IMG/VR virus record: IMGVR_UViG_3300035188_001379
Span: 32,001-96,000 of that record
DNA length: 64,000 bases
DNA from: a virus
Strand: one strand, 5' to 3'
Part shown: piece by piece, positions 10,454 to 20,620 of the stretch
Layout: every line of letters begins with the position of its first letter
Numbering within the stretch: position 1 is the stretch's first letter
The notes under the pieces: generated by a model
Told to the model about the DNA's origin: nothing
The model's input: only the letters and a program-made list of their open reading frames with translations
The model's database searches: none
Made by a program: the position numbers and the translations under genes

Positions 10454-11014
10454 ATGGTAAACACTGAAAATTTAAGCACGACCAAAGCGCTTACAGGTTT
10501 TATAAAAATCTGGCAAGTCGACCCTTGCTCTGGCGAATCCTTGTTGTTGGTAGACAAGCCGAATATGATTCTGAAAGGCGGAGCAACGCTATTGTCGCGC
10601 TCTTTAGGTGGGGATGCTGCTGCAAAAATTTGGGGAATGTATATCGGTTACAACAACAACGTAACTTTCGTTAAGCCAGATATTGATGTAGACTACGCAA
10701 ACCGCTTTATCAATTATGCTGCACCTTTTGGATATTTGCGCGAGCCTTTAACTTTTAGCCCCAACTTCTTATCTTCTCCAGGCTATGTCGACAACACTGT
10801 GCTGTTTTCGACAATGATAACTTCCGCCAATAAAGCAGGCGGGGCAGAGTTCACTGAAGATAGTAAGATTTATGAGGTTGCTCTTGTAGCTGCACAAGAT
10901 GTAAATGACCCTACCAAGGATATCGTGTTTTCTAGAACTAACTTTAATCCTGTGCAGTATAACTCTACTTATAACTTCACCATAACTTGGGGCGTTAGAA
11001 TTCTACTTACATAA
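10454..11014 (+). CDS. Tail fibre attachment/adaptor-like protein
   Basis: N-M-I-L-x-G-G...IYEVALV...FSRTNF...ITW pattern common to baseplate fibre adaptors. Confidence 0.5.
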   Translation: MVNTENLSTTKALTGFIKIWQVDPCSGESLLLVDKPNMILKGGATLLSRSLGGDAAAKIWGMYIGYNNNVTFVKPDIDVDYANRFINYAAPFGYLREPLTFSPNFLSSPGYVDNTVLFSTMITSANKAGGAEFTEDSKIYEVALVAAQDVNDPTKDIVFSRTNFNPVQYNSTYNFTITWGVRILLT

Positions 11015-11018
11015 TCAT

Positions 11019-13076
11019 ATGAGTTTAACTCCTTGGCTTCCGGTAGTCCGAAAAATAAAAGATGGTGAGTTCGTAGACCAGACGACTGTAAACGTACCTA
11101 TCGACCAGCTCACTCAAAGAGACCAGCATCTCTATGAGAAGTTTCAAGAGCTATCAGGTAAATCTGTCTTGATTAGCTTTGGTCAGCCGATACATCCAGA
11201 AGAAACAAGCTATGTTGTACCAGGAGAGTTAAATCTTGTCTACTTCCGCAGTGATGCCTCAGGGGCAGGTATCTCTAGAAGTATGACAGGCTTTTCTTCG
11301 ACATCTTCCTCGTCGATGTTCGCGCCTAAAAATTCAAACTATGTCTTCGGCTTAACCAAGATGGTTTATGCCGATACGCAAACCGCAGACCTGTTTACAG
11401 AAGGCTTGTGTGAGCTGACCTCAGACATTGATGACTCTGCAACTGGGCTCTTACAGAGCGGAGAAGAGTTTTCTCCAGGTCCGTATTTTTTATCTTCGAA
11501 GTATTTAGGTAAAATTACAAGAGATCCGTCAGGAATACCTGTGTATGTTGGTTATGCTATAAGTAAGCGTAAGTTTTTACTACATACAAACGTAGACGAA
11601 TTTTCTCAGTTTTTTATTAACTACAGGTACCACGTATTAGATCGTGTAGCAGGTACACCCTCTTTATCTGGTACAACTTGGACAATAACCTCGTCTAATG
11701 CCAATAAACTCGGTTGGATAGCCGTGGGCAGCATCACAAACATTCCTGTACCTGTAGGAGCTAAATTTTACTACAATATTCCAAGAACTACAGCTCAGCT
11801 AGACGCTGACACTGAGCTTGAAGGCTATGAACGTGAGGAGGCCATAGACTTACGCAGAGATCTTCCTCCGGTTCCTGCGAATTTTATTCAATTGTATACG
11901 AACGGTGTTCTGGAGAGATATAATAATGAGTTTGATCCTGCAGGGAATTTTTCAGTGAACGAGTACGGCTTATGGTGGCATAACGATCAGAACAGCTATC
12001 AGCCTTGGTCAGCTTCATACAACAGCTCTAACACCTGGGCAGTGAATAAAACAAATCTTTCTGCGAGCAGAAAAAGAATGTTTGTAAGCTTTTCAAAATT
12101 TAACCCAGCACTAAGAACACAGCTAGTCAGGTCTCTAGCTCCATATGATCGTGTAGAGAACGGAGAGTATGTTAACCGGCCATCCAGCTTTTTGAAGCTC
12201 TACAGCAAAGATAAGCCTGATGCGCAGGCCGCAACAGGAGATCTGCTCTTTGACATTGACGCTCCTGTGAACCTTTACGGCTATCGCCCAAGCGGAGCTA
12301 CGAGCGATCTAGAAGAATTCGAATACCCCGAAGCACCAAGGAGTGACCAGTATACTGCAAATCGTGCAATAGCTGCTTTACAGTACTCTAAACCGGAAGG
12401 TGCATTCAAGGCAGTAGTTACCCCTGTGGTTGCAAGAATACTCGGAGCCAATGGAGTGACTGTAAATGAAGACGCTAACCGACCAGGTGTGTGGACAATC
12501 CAGTATTCTGCCACAGGCATATCAGGACAAGTGGACTCTATAGAGCCTATCAATTCACGACTCGAGTTTTTAGGCTTAAACTCCTATATCAAACTGCCTC
12601 CTCCCTCATCTACACCCTATGGGCTGATTGGTAAGATAGTTCTACCTAAGTCTGGAGTGAATAACAAACCTCTCCAGCTTGTGTTTCACCTATTTGGAGA
12701 CAAGGATGTTTCGTTGAGCTCAACATTCAGAAACGTAGCGTTCCAGTTGGAGTACTCAGCTGTGTCTGCTTACAATGGTAGCTCTCCTACGAACTACACT
12801 ACAGTAAATACAAATAAATATAGTCCTAACGTTAATCCTGTAGAATTCGCAATTAAGCCTATCGCAGGCGCAGCTAATAACTACGCAGCCTACACATCTT
12901 GTCGTATAGCTGAGCCTGGCTTTGTGATTCCTGCTCAGTTTGTGCGAGAAGACACAATCATTAACTTTAAGATAACTCGCGTGGCTGTAGGGTCACTTGC
13001 AAACAACTATGCAGGGAATGTTATCGAAGGAGGCAATATTGGACTGCTAGGTATTTATTGGGAAAGCTTAACATAG
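11019..13076 (+). CDS. Putative tail fibre/baseplate structural protein
   Basis: N-terminal IKDGEFV...NVPIDQLTQRDQHL resembles fibre N-terminal attachment motif. Confidence 0.5.
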   Translation: MSLTPWLPVVRKIKDGEFVDQTTVNVPIDQLTQRDQHLYEKFQELSGKSVLISFGQPIHPEETSYVVPGELNLVYFRSDASGAGISRSMTGFSSTSSSSMFAPKNSNYVFGLTKMVYADTQTADLFTEGLCELTSDIDDSATGLLQSGEEFSPGPYFLSSKYLGKITRDPSGIPVYVGYAISKRKFLLHTNVDEFSQFFINYRYHVLDRVAGTPSLSGTTWTITSSNANKLGWIAVGSITNIPVPVGAKFYYNIPRTTAQLDADTELEGYEREEAIDLRRDLPPVPANFIQLYTNGVLERYNNEFDPAGNFSVNEYGLWWHNDQNSYQPWSASYNSSNTWAVNKTNLSASRKRMFVSFSKFNPALRTQLVRSLAPYDRVENGEYVNRPSSFLKLYSKDKPDAQAATGDLLFDIDAPVNLYGYRPSGATSDLEEFEYPEAPRSDQYTANRAIAALQYSKPEGAFKAVVTPVVARILGANGVTVNEDANRPGVWTIQYSATGISGQVDSIEPINSRLEFLGLNSYIKLPPPSSTPYGLIGKIVLPKSGVNNKPLQLVFHLFGDKDVSLSSTFRNVAFQLEYSAVSAYNGSSPTNYTTVNTNKYSPNVNPVEFAIKPIAGAANNYAAYTSCRIAEPGFVIPAQFVREDTIINFKITRVAVGSLANNYAGNVIEGGNIGLLGIYWESLT

Positions 13077-13083
13077 TAAGAGT

Positions 13084-13977
13084 ATGCCGTGGATTGATAG
13101 CTTAGACTGGTTGTCTCTAAACTCTCTCAGAAGATATCCTCTGAGAGAGGGCACCAGCGTGCTTAGTACTGACGAGTATTTTAGTATACCTGATACGCTA
13201 ATATCTGATTTTACGTTATGTGCCTCTAGCGATGTTACACGCAGATTCTATATCTCTAAAATTTTTAATAAAGTCACTTCTCTGATTATCGAAGTCAGTG
13301 ATTCCTCAGGCATTCAGGTTGGCTCGTTTAATATACAAGGAAGCCAACACACCCAAGACAAAGACTATTACCTAACTCCTACGTCTTTGTATGCAGGGGC
13401 CAACGGCAAAATAACTATAAATACTCTTGAGGACCTTAAAACACAGCCGGCAGGAGTTTTTTCTTTTACGCTCGCTGCCACAGAATTCGAGCCTCGAGTG
13501 ATTGTTCCTGGGTTGCAGGGAATAGACAGAATCAAGTTCACTGATACTCAAAACGGCACATATAGTTTTACAGGAGATATACATATCACTTCACGGAGTA
13601 ACGTATACTTTGACTATGCTCTCGCTAATAATGAAGTGCTGGTAGATGCTGGCGATGACCTTGGCTTGAGTAAGTTGTGTACGTTTAAAGATTGTGTTAA
13701 GAGTATCAATGGCGTCGGGCCGGATCCTGCCACAGGCAACATCAATCTTCTCGGCGTTAACTGTGTTAAAATATCAAACTCTGCGCAGTACACTCTCGAT
13801 GTTTCTGACACTTGCTGCACTCCGTGCTCAGGTTGCAATGATCTAGAAGAGCTAACTACGAGACTCACATCGCTAGAGAACAGCTTTTTACAGTTGAAAG
13901 ATAATTATAATAGTGTAAATACTCAGCTAAGTACGTATCTTTCTACAATTAATTCTAACTGTGCATGCCCCGAGTAA
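13084..13977 (+). CDS. Cys-rich structural protein, paralog 1
   Basis: LDWLSLNSLRRYPL and INGVGPD...GNINL motifs; CCTPCSGC followed by coiled coil. Confidence 0.7.
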   Translation: MPWIDSLDWLSLNSLRRYPLREGTSVLSTDEYFSIPDTLISDFTLCASSDVTRRFYISKIFNKVTSLIIEVSDSSGIQVGSFNIQGSQHTQDKDYYLTPTSLYAGANGKITINTLEDLKTQPAGVFSFTLAATEFEPRVIVPGLQGIDRIKFTDTQNGTYSFTGDIHITSRSNVYFDYALANNEVLVDAGDDLGLSKLCTFKDCVKSINGVGPDPATGNINLLGVNCVKISNSAQYTLDVSDTCCTPCSGCNDLEELTTRLTSLENSFLQLKDNYNSVNTQLSTYLSTINSNCACPE

Positions 13978-13992
13978 TGCAATTAAGCTTCT

Positions 13993-16353
13993 ATGGCTGC
14001 TCTAGAATATCTCACAGGCAACGCGCTGACGGCCCATCCGTTTAGACCTCCGAAAAACACATCTTTTGTACCTACCCACCCCGTGGAGGGCAACGGAGAC
14101 ACCTCTGTAGTTTGGTTCTACGACATTCTTTTCGTTGCCTTTTTACCTAATTTAAAAAAAGTGTTCGTATCGAACATTTCAAAGATTTCTGACACGCAAG
14201 TATCTTTGACTTTTAGCGACTATGACACAGGAGAAGTCATTGTACCTAGCGAGCAGCCAGCCGTATTGACTTTAGCTAACCACTTTAAAAATACTGAAGC
14301 CAGCTTTGCTTCGTGGCAAACAAGCGGGTTTGCCGTCAAAGTAGTGTTCGGGCCAGGATTATTAGCTAAACCCAACTTTAGTCAAAATTATCCTAAGGAG
14401 CTTACAGAGCTGAGCTCCACTGCAGTAGTGTTAAAACAACCTAGAGTATCGAGTCTGACATTTAACGCTTACGACACACCCAAGGCTCGAGAGCTTGCTC
14501 TGCCTCTTGACCATAAGTTTCAGGTGGCGGTATACACAAAAGACACTACTGAGCCAAGGGTTAGGCTAAAGCACAACATTCTGTATCGCATAGAATCCCC
14601 TTCAGCTCTAGGTTTGGTTGTAGCCAGAGGTACAGGGGAAGGATTGTACGATCCTTGTCCTGCTCTTGGCGCTATTGAGGATGTTTATAGTGTGACCCAG
14701 GTTACTCCAGACGAAAACGGTGGTATTTTCCTAAACCCGTCTAGCTGCTATTCTGCAAACACGTTAACTTCAAATGATGTAATCCTTCTAGGAGAACCAG
14801 TACTCGCTCCGTATAGAGCATTTCCTCTTTACTTCCCTAGAAATGACTCCTTGGTGTTTAACGCAGTTTCCGTAGGCTCTTCAATTTTTATTGAAAATTT
14901 CTGTAAACCTAAGTGCGCACCAGAACAAATTCAAGCTTTTGCACACTATTTAAACAGAGTTACTGACGGCGCAAAGGAGTTAGACCTTATAGCTGCTAGG
15001 GACACAGAGACGCACGGGATCTGCGACATCCAAAATCTTACGCTAACCGTACTATCTTTTTGTGATGACGGGGTGTTCGGTCGTTGCGACATTCCTTGTA
15101 CCCCAAATTTCATAAAATATTTCCACGAAGGCCGCGAAATTCAGATAGCATATACTGGAACAAACGTACAGACCTTTAAAATCATGGAAGTAGTGTCTGA
15201 TAATGTGGTCAAAATTGACCAGCTTGCTGATTACGGTAAATCTTTACCTTTTAGACTTTTAGATAACGGTGTGGTAAGTAACATGAATTGCGCTGTTACT
15301 GAGTACAACACCAAGGCCCTAGCATTTTTACGCCCTTATTTTACTGTAAAGTACACAACAAGCGAGTCGTATAGTTCTCAAGGCATATATACAACCTTTT
15401 TATCTGTGATTGTGGCGGTGTTTAACCCGTCAGGTGATCCTGTGGCGTTACGTACAGATTTCAACTATACAGCTTTTGCACGACAAGGCAGCTTTAAAAT
15501 ACGTAAGGCTGATGGTGTTGAAGTGAGTGACACCACTGAAACTTACGTGGGTTGTCGTGAGTATGTTTTTGTAGAAGCTGTGTTCGGTATCGGGTGCGGC
15601 ATGACAGGAGGAGCAATCCAAATAGCTGTTTTTGACACCACAACTGGTGTAGACTCTCTGATAGGTGCTCCGTATTTTCTGCCGGGTATTAATGGTGTTC
15701 CCTGCCCAGGCAGCGGAGGATCCACCACACCTACCATACCAGTGTTTAAGCTGCTTAGAGATAATTGGGAAGGCTACTCGAAGGCTATACCTACCAGCAG
15801 CTTTTTCACTAGCGTCACCTTCAGCGCAAACAAACCTTCATGGCTTAACTTATCTTTTGATAATGCAGTCAAACAAATAAGACTGACTGTGCCTGCCTAC
15901 CCGTCTGCAGCTCTCAGTGCACTGTACAACATAAGTTACACCTCAAATTACGGTGCAAATGGGTCTTTTAAACTGCTGTATATAGTTAAGCCTACAATCA
16001 CTAGCCCTCTCGAAAGCACATACACCCTAGCTAACCCGCTGCCTGTTAATAAGAACACCGTATACACCTCGCAGGCACCGCTAATTTCAGTTGTAGCTAC
16101 AAACATGACGCTTCTTTCTGCTGATTTCCCTGCTGACGAATTTTTCTATCAGTATACTCTGCATGTGTACGGGAACAGCTCTCTGCTTCCTGCTGGCTTG
16201 TACTTCGACAAAATCACAGGAAAGCTGACAGGTCAACTAAGCAACGCCGTACCTGTAGGCTCAAGAATAACCTTATATGTGAGCGCTAGGAATCCTGCAG
16301 GACTTGCCACGAACGCTCAAATTATTCCTTTAATCGTGACTGGTGCCACATAG
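13993..16353 (+). CDS. Cys-rich structural protein, paralog 2, with Ig-like C-terminus
   Basis: LEYLTGNALTAHPF, VTPDENGGIFL; C-terminal LPAGLYFDKITGKLTG is putative-Ig-domain-like. Confidence 0.7.
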   Translation: MAALEYLTGNALTAHPFRPPKNTSFVPTHPVEGNGDTSVVWFYDILFVAFLPNLKKVFVSNISKISDTQVSLTFSDYDTGEVIVPSEQPAVLTLANHFKNTEASFASWQTSGFAVKVVFGPGLLAKPNFSQNYPKELTELSSTAVVLKQPRVSSLTFNAYDTPKARELALPLDHKFQVAVYTKDTTEPRVRLKHNILYRIESPSALGLVVARGTGEGLYDPCPALGAIEDVYSVTQVTPDENGGIFLNPSSCYSANTLTSNDVILLGEPVLAPYRAFPLYFPRNDSLVFNAVSVGSSIFIENFCKPKCAPEQIQAFAHYLNRVTDGAKELDLIAARDTETHGICDIQNLTLTVLSFCDDGVFGRCDIPCTPNFIKYFHEGREIQIAYTGTNVQTFKIMEVVSDNVVKIDQLADYGKSLPFRLLDNGVVSNMNCAVTEYNTKALAFLRPYFTVKYTTSESYSSQGIYTTFLSVIVAVFNPSGDPVALRTDFNYTAFARQGSFKIRKADGVEVSDTTETYVGCREYVFVEAVFGIGCGMTGGAIQIAVFDTTTGVDSLIGAPYFLPGINGVPCPGSGGSTTPTIPVFKLLRDNWEGYSKAIPTSSFFTSVTFSANKPSWLNLSFDNAVKQIRLTVPAYPSAALSALYNISYTSNYGANGSFKLLYIVKPTITSPLESTYTLANPLPVNKNTVYTSQAPLISVVATNMTLLSADFPADEFFYQYTLHVYGNSSLLPAGLYFDKITGKLTGQLSNAVPVGSRITLYVSARNPAGLATNAQIIPLIVTGAT

Positions 16354-16390
16354 GTTTCATATATTGGGCTAGCGACACTTTTTAATTAAT

Positions 16391-17428
16391 ATGATCCTTA
16401 CACTAGATTTTAATAATAAGAATCAGTATAGGCGCTATCCTTTTAAACAGCATAGTGTATTGACCTCAACTACAGGGGATACACTTGCAGACGACATGAT
16501 AGTCAACTGTTCGGTGACTACTGTGTACGGACAGCACAGAGTGTATGTTAGCCAAATTTTTAAAAGTAAAAACACTGTGCGAATTTCTATAGCCTCTGTT
16601 TTTGATGACTCGCTACTCGGTGTTTTTGCTGGTACACTTAGTGGAGATTACACAACGCTAGATTTGACAGCCAGTGACAATTATTTGTCAGGCTCTCTGA
16701 CCCTAGGTCCAGTTAAAGCCTGGGAGCAAGCGCCACGAATATCTTTTTTTAACCCTGCGGCCACTGAGTTGGAAGAGTCCACACTATTTTGCTACGAAGC
16801 CCCAAAAGTAACATCTATTCTAGATAAAAAGCAACAGTCCCTTAGAGGTGTGGTACCCTACGGAGTACTTACAAATATTGAAAAGTACACAAATACAGGA
16901 CTTAAGCAGACCAATTTTGAGTCTACTGCACCGGCCTCTGTAACTACAATCGCAGACAAGTCATCTTTCTTAAACAACTGCGCTACACCAGTAATTAAAA
17001 ACATCAACGGAGTATTCCCGTTCCCTAAAGACGTCATACCTGACGAAAATGATGGTAACATATACCTCGTAGGCGTGCTGCCGATCACTTTCTACGGCAT
17101 TTCTATAACGGAAGGTGTGGTGAATACAGTCACAGAAGATATCACTATCGACAGTTTGTGTAGTTTGAAGAGTAAACTACTTCCCCCTATAAATATTTCT
17201 GGATTTACTTTAGATACTGAAGAGTTCAGAGACAAGTACTATAGTAAGCCGGCGTTTACTACTGCGCGCCCAAATGGCGTACCTCCACACTACAATGAGT
17301 ATATTCCAAAAAGGCTCGCAGCTAACTTTAACGTAACCACCCTACCAGAGTATTATTACTGGCCGCAGTTTGTGCAGCCTGATTACTACAGTCTCTGGTT
17401 CAACTACTCAGCGAATGTCATCATATAA
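16391..17428 (+). CDS. Structural protein, paralog 3
   Basis: LDFNNKNQYRRYPF, IKNINGV...DGNIYL. Confidence 0.7.
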   Translation: MILTLDFNNKNQYRRYPFKQHSVLTSTTGDTLADDMIVNCSVTTVYGQHRVYVSQIFKSKNTVRISIASVFDDSLLGVFAGTLSGDYTTLDLTASDNYLSGSLTLGPVKAWEQAPRISFFNPAATELEESTLFCYEAPKVTSILDKKQQSLRGVVPYGVLTNIEKYTNTGLKQTNFESTAPASVTTIADKSSFLNNCATPVIKNINGVFPFPKDVIPDENDGNIYLVGVLPITFYGISITEGVVNTVTEDITIDSLCSLKSKLLPPINISGFTLDTEEFRDKYYSKPAFTTARPNGVPPHYNEYIPKRLAANFNVTTLPEYYYWPQFVQPDYYSLWFNYSANVII

Positions 17429-18128
17429 CGTACTAGAATGGCAGGATGAAAATAGCCTCACAAGCTACCCTCTCACAGAAGAGCTTGAAGTGCAAGGTGT
17501 GTTCGTGTCTGCAAACTTCATACAGTTCGATAATTTCGCTCCAGTTCTTAACGAGATATTTGTAGACAGTGACGCTATCAAGCTGAAAATAACTTTCGAT
17601 TTTGGTCAACATACAGAACTCAGCTTTTCTAAGCAACGCTATGCTATGGGTGAAGCGTATAGGTATCTGAGAATTTACACACCAGATAAATCAAGGTATT
17701 TAGGAGTAATTTCTTTTGGACGAGGAGCACAGACATTATGGACTGAGCATGTAGGCAGAAAGTTTGAATACAACCTTTCGTTTACTCCTTGCGCTGTACG
17801 TAGCGTATCTTCCAAAAGTGGGGTTTACCTTCTTGACGGGAGTTATGGCGATATCAAGATGGGTAGAACACAGAGAGACGTCACTATATTCTATAACATG
17901 TCCTCTGCAGCTAAAACAGTAACCTTTAACGCCGTCACAGGGCACAGCGTCGAACCGACAGATACTATAGGTTTGCGTAAAATTAACCTAGTTTCTCCTG
18001 TGAGGAATAACATCAATCTAGCCGCTAACGATGTAATTAAATTTACCCCTCAGAATGCGTCGGCTTTGTCTGTTGACCTAGTGGCTGGAGTGTCTCCTTC
18101 AGGCTTCAGTATTCCCACCCTGTTCTAA
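17415..18128 (+). CDS. Structural protein, paralog 4
   Basis: ATG 17415; LEWQDENSLTSYPL, INLVSPVRNNINL. Confidence 0.7.
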   Translation: MSSYNVLEWQDENSLTSYPLTEELEVQGVFVSANFIQFDNFAPVLNEIFVDSDAIKLKITFDFGQHTELSFSKQRYAMGEAYRYLRIYTPDKSRYLGVISFGRGAQTLWTEHVGRKFEYNLSFTPCAVRSVSSKSGVYLLDGSYGDIKMGRTQRDVTIFYNMSSAAKTVTFNAVTGHSVEPTDTIGLRKINLVSPVRNNINLAANDVIKFTPQNASALSVDLVAGVSPSGFSIPTLF

Positions 18129-18132
18129 TGTT

Positions 18133-18984
18133 ATGTACCAAGTAATTGATTGGCTGAACGAAAATGAGCTCAGAGCGTTTCCATTACTTTATAATGGTAC
18201 GCTTCCCTCTGACTTTTTACTAGACCTGCAGCTAATCTTTAAATCTCACGACATTGAGTTGTCTCCTATTTTTTTAAAAAGTTATAGGAAGGTCTCTAAC
18301 GATCTCGAGTTGGTTTTCGGCTCTTTAAATGAGAATATTTTTACTTTTACTCTTCCTTCTCCAGACACGCAAACTTACCCATATTATTTACGCGCAGCTA
18401 ATGGGTGTTTGGTTGTGTTTGGCGAAGGAGCAAAAACTATTTTTTCTTCGGCAACTAGCACAGCTGCAGTTGTAGAGCTGCCTACAGACCCGTCTGTTTG
18501 CTATCAGTTCAACAATGCGTGGTTAGGTGTATCCAGTATAGCCTGTACCCCAAATAAGCAAACCAGAACTAACTCTCACGCTCCTATATTACCACTAATC
18601 CCTGCCACATCTGCTCCTCTAGTCGGGGACATCACTTTCCTGGCAGGCTATAACTTTCGTGTAAACATTAACGACAATGCGATTGATTTAGAGATAGGGG
18701 GAGGCTATGGTTTAAAAATGGATTGCTCAACTTTCTTTTTAGAAGAAACTTTCCGGGATTGTAGTGATATTGTATCGTACATTAATGGTGTACCTCCTGA
18801 TGAACAGGGAAATTTTAGGTTGCTACAAGGAGCAGATATCAATATAGTTCCAGGAACAACCCTCACAGCTGACTTTGACGACCGCTTTCAACAGAAAGCT
18901 AACGAGCACTCTTTGTTTGTAGGTCTGTCATTCCAGCAAAATGACGTTTGTGCTCCTGTAAACCTAACACCTTCCTTATTATGA
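18133..18984 (+). CDS. Structural protein, paralog 5
   Basis: IDWLNENELRAFPL, INGVPPDEQGNFRL. Confidence 0.7.
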   Translation: MYQVIDWLNENELRAFPLLYNGTLPSDFLLDLQLIFKSHDIELSPIFLKSYRKVSNDLELVFGSLNENIFTFTLPSPDTQTYPYYLRAANGCLVVFGEGAKTIFSSATSTAAVVELPTDPSVCYQFNNAWLGVSSIACTPNKQTRTNSHAPILPLIPATSAPLVGDITFLAGYNFRVNINDNAIDLEIGGGYGLKMDCSTFFLEETFRDCSDIVSYINGVPPDEQGNFRLLQGADINIVPGTTLTADFDDRFQQKANEHSLFVGLSFQQNDVCAPVNLTPSLL

Positions 18985-19307
18985 CCCCAACAAACCCTAG
19001 ACTCGTATTGACAAGTGTAAATCAGCTTATCAAATTGGTGCAGAATAACCCTGAGTTAAGCGCTAAACTTCCTAGGTTTTCTCAGATAGCCTCAATGACT
19101 GCCAGCACAGCACCTAAGAAGTCTTGCAATTGCGGAGGAAAAGTAAACGTAACTACCCCAGATAAGAATAAACAAGTCGCAGAGAACTTGCTCACATCCT
19201 TGACTCCTCAAGACTTTGTAACGATTAAAAATACTTTAAATTTGACAGAGTTGTGCTATTATAAGAGGTCAGCTGAAGCAGGGACCTTAACTCTTATTTG
19301 TGCTTAA
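18981..19307 (+). CDS. Small hypothetical protein (CNCGG motif)
   Basis: ATGA overlap with previous stop. Confidence 0.65.
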   Translation: MTPTNPRLVLTSVNQLIKLVQNNPELSAKLPRFSQIASMTASTAPKKSCNCGGKVNVTTPDKNKQVAENLLTSLTPQDFVTIKNTLNLTELCYYKRSAEAGTLTLICA

Positions 19308-19310
19308 TGT

Positions 19311-20024
19311 ATGGCAGATGAACCTGTATCCTACTTTTTCTCTCCAAATGTAAACGGAGAAGCTACCAGCGTGCCTAGAGTTGTCTCAGATAATACTGTG
19401 GCGCTGCAGTCATCTGTTATAAAAGCTAGGAACAGTCAGGCGCCTCTGCCGAATTCTTCTTTAACTATAGATAGTATCCCTGGAATACCCTTTGAGCGAG
19501 GGACACCTAACCCAGATCTCTTCTACCAAGGAGAGGATATCGTATACGACCTTTTCCTCTTTAATGGCGAGATCGTCACGTCTGATGATTATGACATCCT
19601 GGCGATACTTAAAACAAGCCCTAGGGCTTACACAGTGGCTTGGCAAGGCTCACTAGACTTAGGTATATACCCAGTAACTAACCAGTCAGGCTATTATGAG
19701 TTATGGATACCCTCCAATATAACTTCAAATCTTCTGGCTGGGACGTACTACTTAGATGTGTTGGTTCGCGAGAAAATGGGGGCAGGTAAAGGTAGGTTTG
19801 ATCGTAAGTATGTATTGGTGCAAACTAGCCTTAATATTGAGTATAGTAATTTCTCGCCAAGCCCAGAAACTTTGGCGAGCAACCCTTTAGCCTCAAAAAG
19901 AGGTGGTATAGAGCAGGTCTGGCCCAACCATCCCGACACGATAGGTAGGCGCTCGGGGCCGGATATTCCAGGATTCTCTGACCCTGCATGGAGCGCGGTA
20001 GACCCCACGCAAATTCAGCAATAA
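19311..20024 (+). CDS. Putative BppU-like Ig-fold structural protein
   Basis: YQGED...YYELWIPSNITSNLLAGTYYLDV pattern. Confidence 0.45.
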   Translation: MADEPVSYFFSPNVNGEATSVPRVVSDNTVALQSSVIKARNSQAPLPNSSLTIDSIPGIPFERGTPNPDLFYQGEDIVYDLFLFNGEIVTSDDYDILAILKTSPRAYTVAWQGSLDLGIYPVTNQSGYYELWIPSNITSNLLAGTYYLDVLVREKMGAGKGRFDRKYVLVQTSLNIEYSNFSPSPETLASNPLASKRGGIEQVWPNHPDTIGRRSGPDIPGFSDPAWSAVDPTQIQQ

Positions 20025-20108
20025 TTTTGGTATAATAATTTGAGAGTAATTTGCTCTTTGATATATTTTTTAGCTGTTTACCCATACTTACAGTTTTAGC
20101 TGTTTTTA

Positions 20109-20117
20109 TGGTATAAT
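20109..20117 (+). promoter_or_regulatory. Extended -10 element (TGGTATAAT) upstream of tmRNA
   Basis: TGGTATAAT at 20109-20117 and again at 20028-20036; TTTTAGCTGTTT direct repeat at 20067 and 20094. Confidence 0.5.
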
Positions 20118-20178
20118 ATCTTGCATAGCTTTAAATCGCTATCAGCGCACCATAGAGTCATTCAAAATATTGCACTTT

Positions 20179-20609
20179 GGGCCCGTACTGGTTTCGATCA
20201 AGAAGATGAGTCAAGTAATGCACGTCGAGGAAGTCTGGTTGGCCTCGTTAAAACATCTGGACAAAAACTAAACGCAAACGATCAATCGTTCGCTATGACG
20301 GTAGCTGAAGCTGACGCGCTCTTGAACTCTTTCGAGTTCGAAGCTGCTGAAGCCCTCGCTGCTTAGTCTGCCTGGTGTGGACACTACTAAAGCACTAGGA
20401 AACCGCAGTAGGTTGGGCTAGACTGTAAAGCCTTGTAGAAAAGTACAGCAAGAGCGACTACTTAGAAGTCGATCGGTTCTTACCATCCTAATAAGATGTG
20501 ATTGGTCGCTACATCCAAGACAGCCGTAATTGTCGCTATGTAGATAAACGTGTAGAGTTATTTGATAAAGCTGCTTGAGACAGGGGTTCGACTCCCCTCG
20601 GGTCCACCA
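20179..20609 (+). ncRNA. ssrA: tmRNA; tag ANDQSFAMTVAEADALLNSFEFEAAEALAA* (20274-20366)
   Basis: 5' GGGCCCG-TA-CTGGTTTCGA; 3' T-arm AGGGG-TTCGACT-CCCCT and CGGGTCC-A-CCA with G3:U70; TAAAC-GCA resume context; tag ends LAA. Confidence 0.95.
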
Positions 20610-20620
20610 ATTTGGGAATA

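Noticed and set aside
1-20024. Extracellular contractile injection system rather than phage
   Set aside because: Same window carries terminase, full replisome, tmRNA and tRNAs
20121-20366. 81-aa ORF in the track
   Set aside because: It is the tmRNA 5' domain plus tag reading frame, not an independent gene
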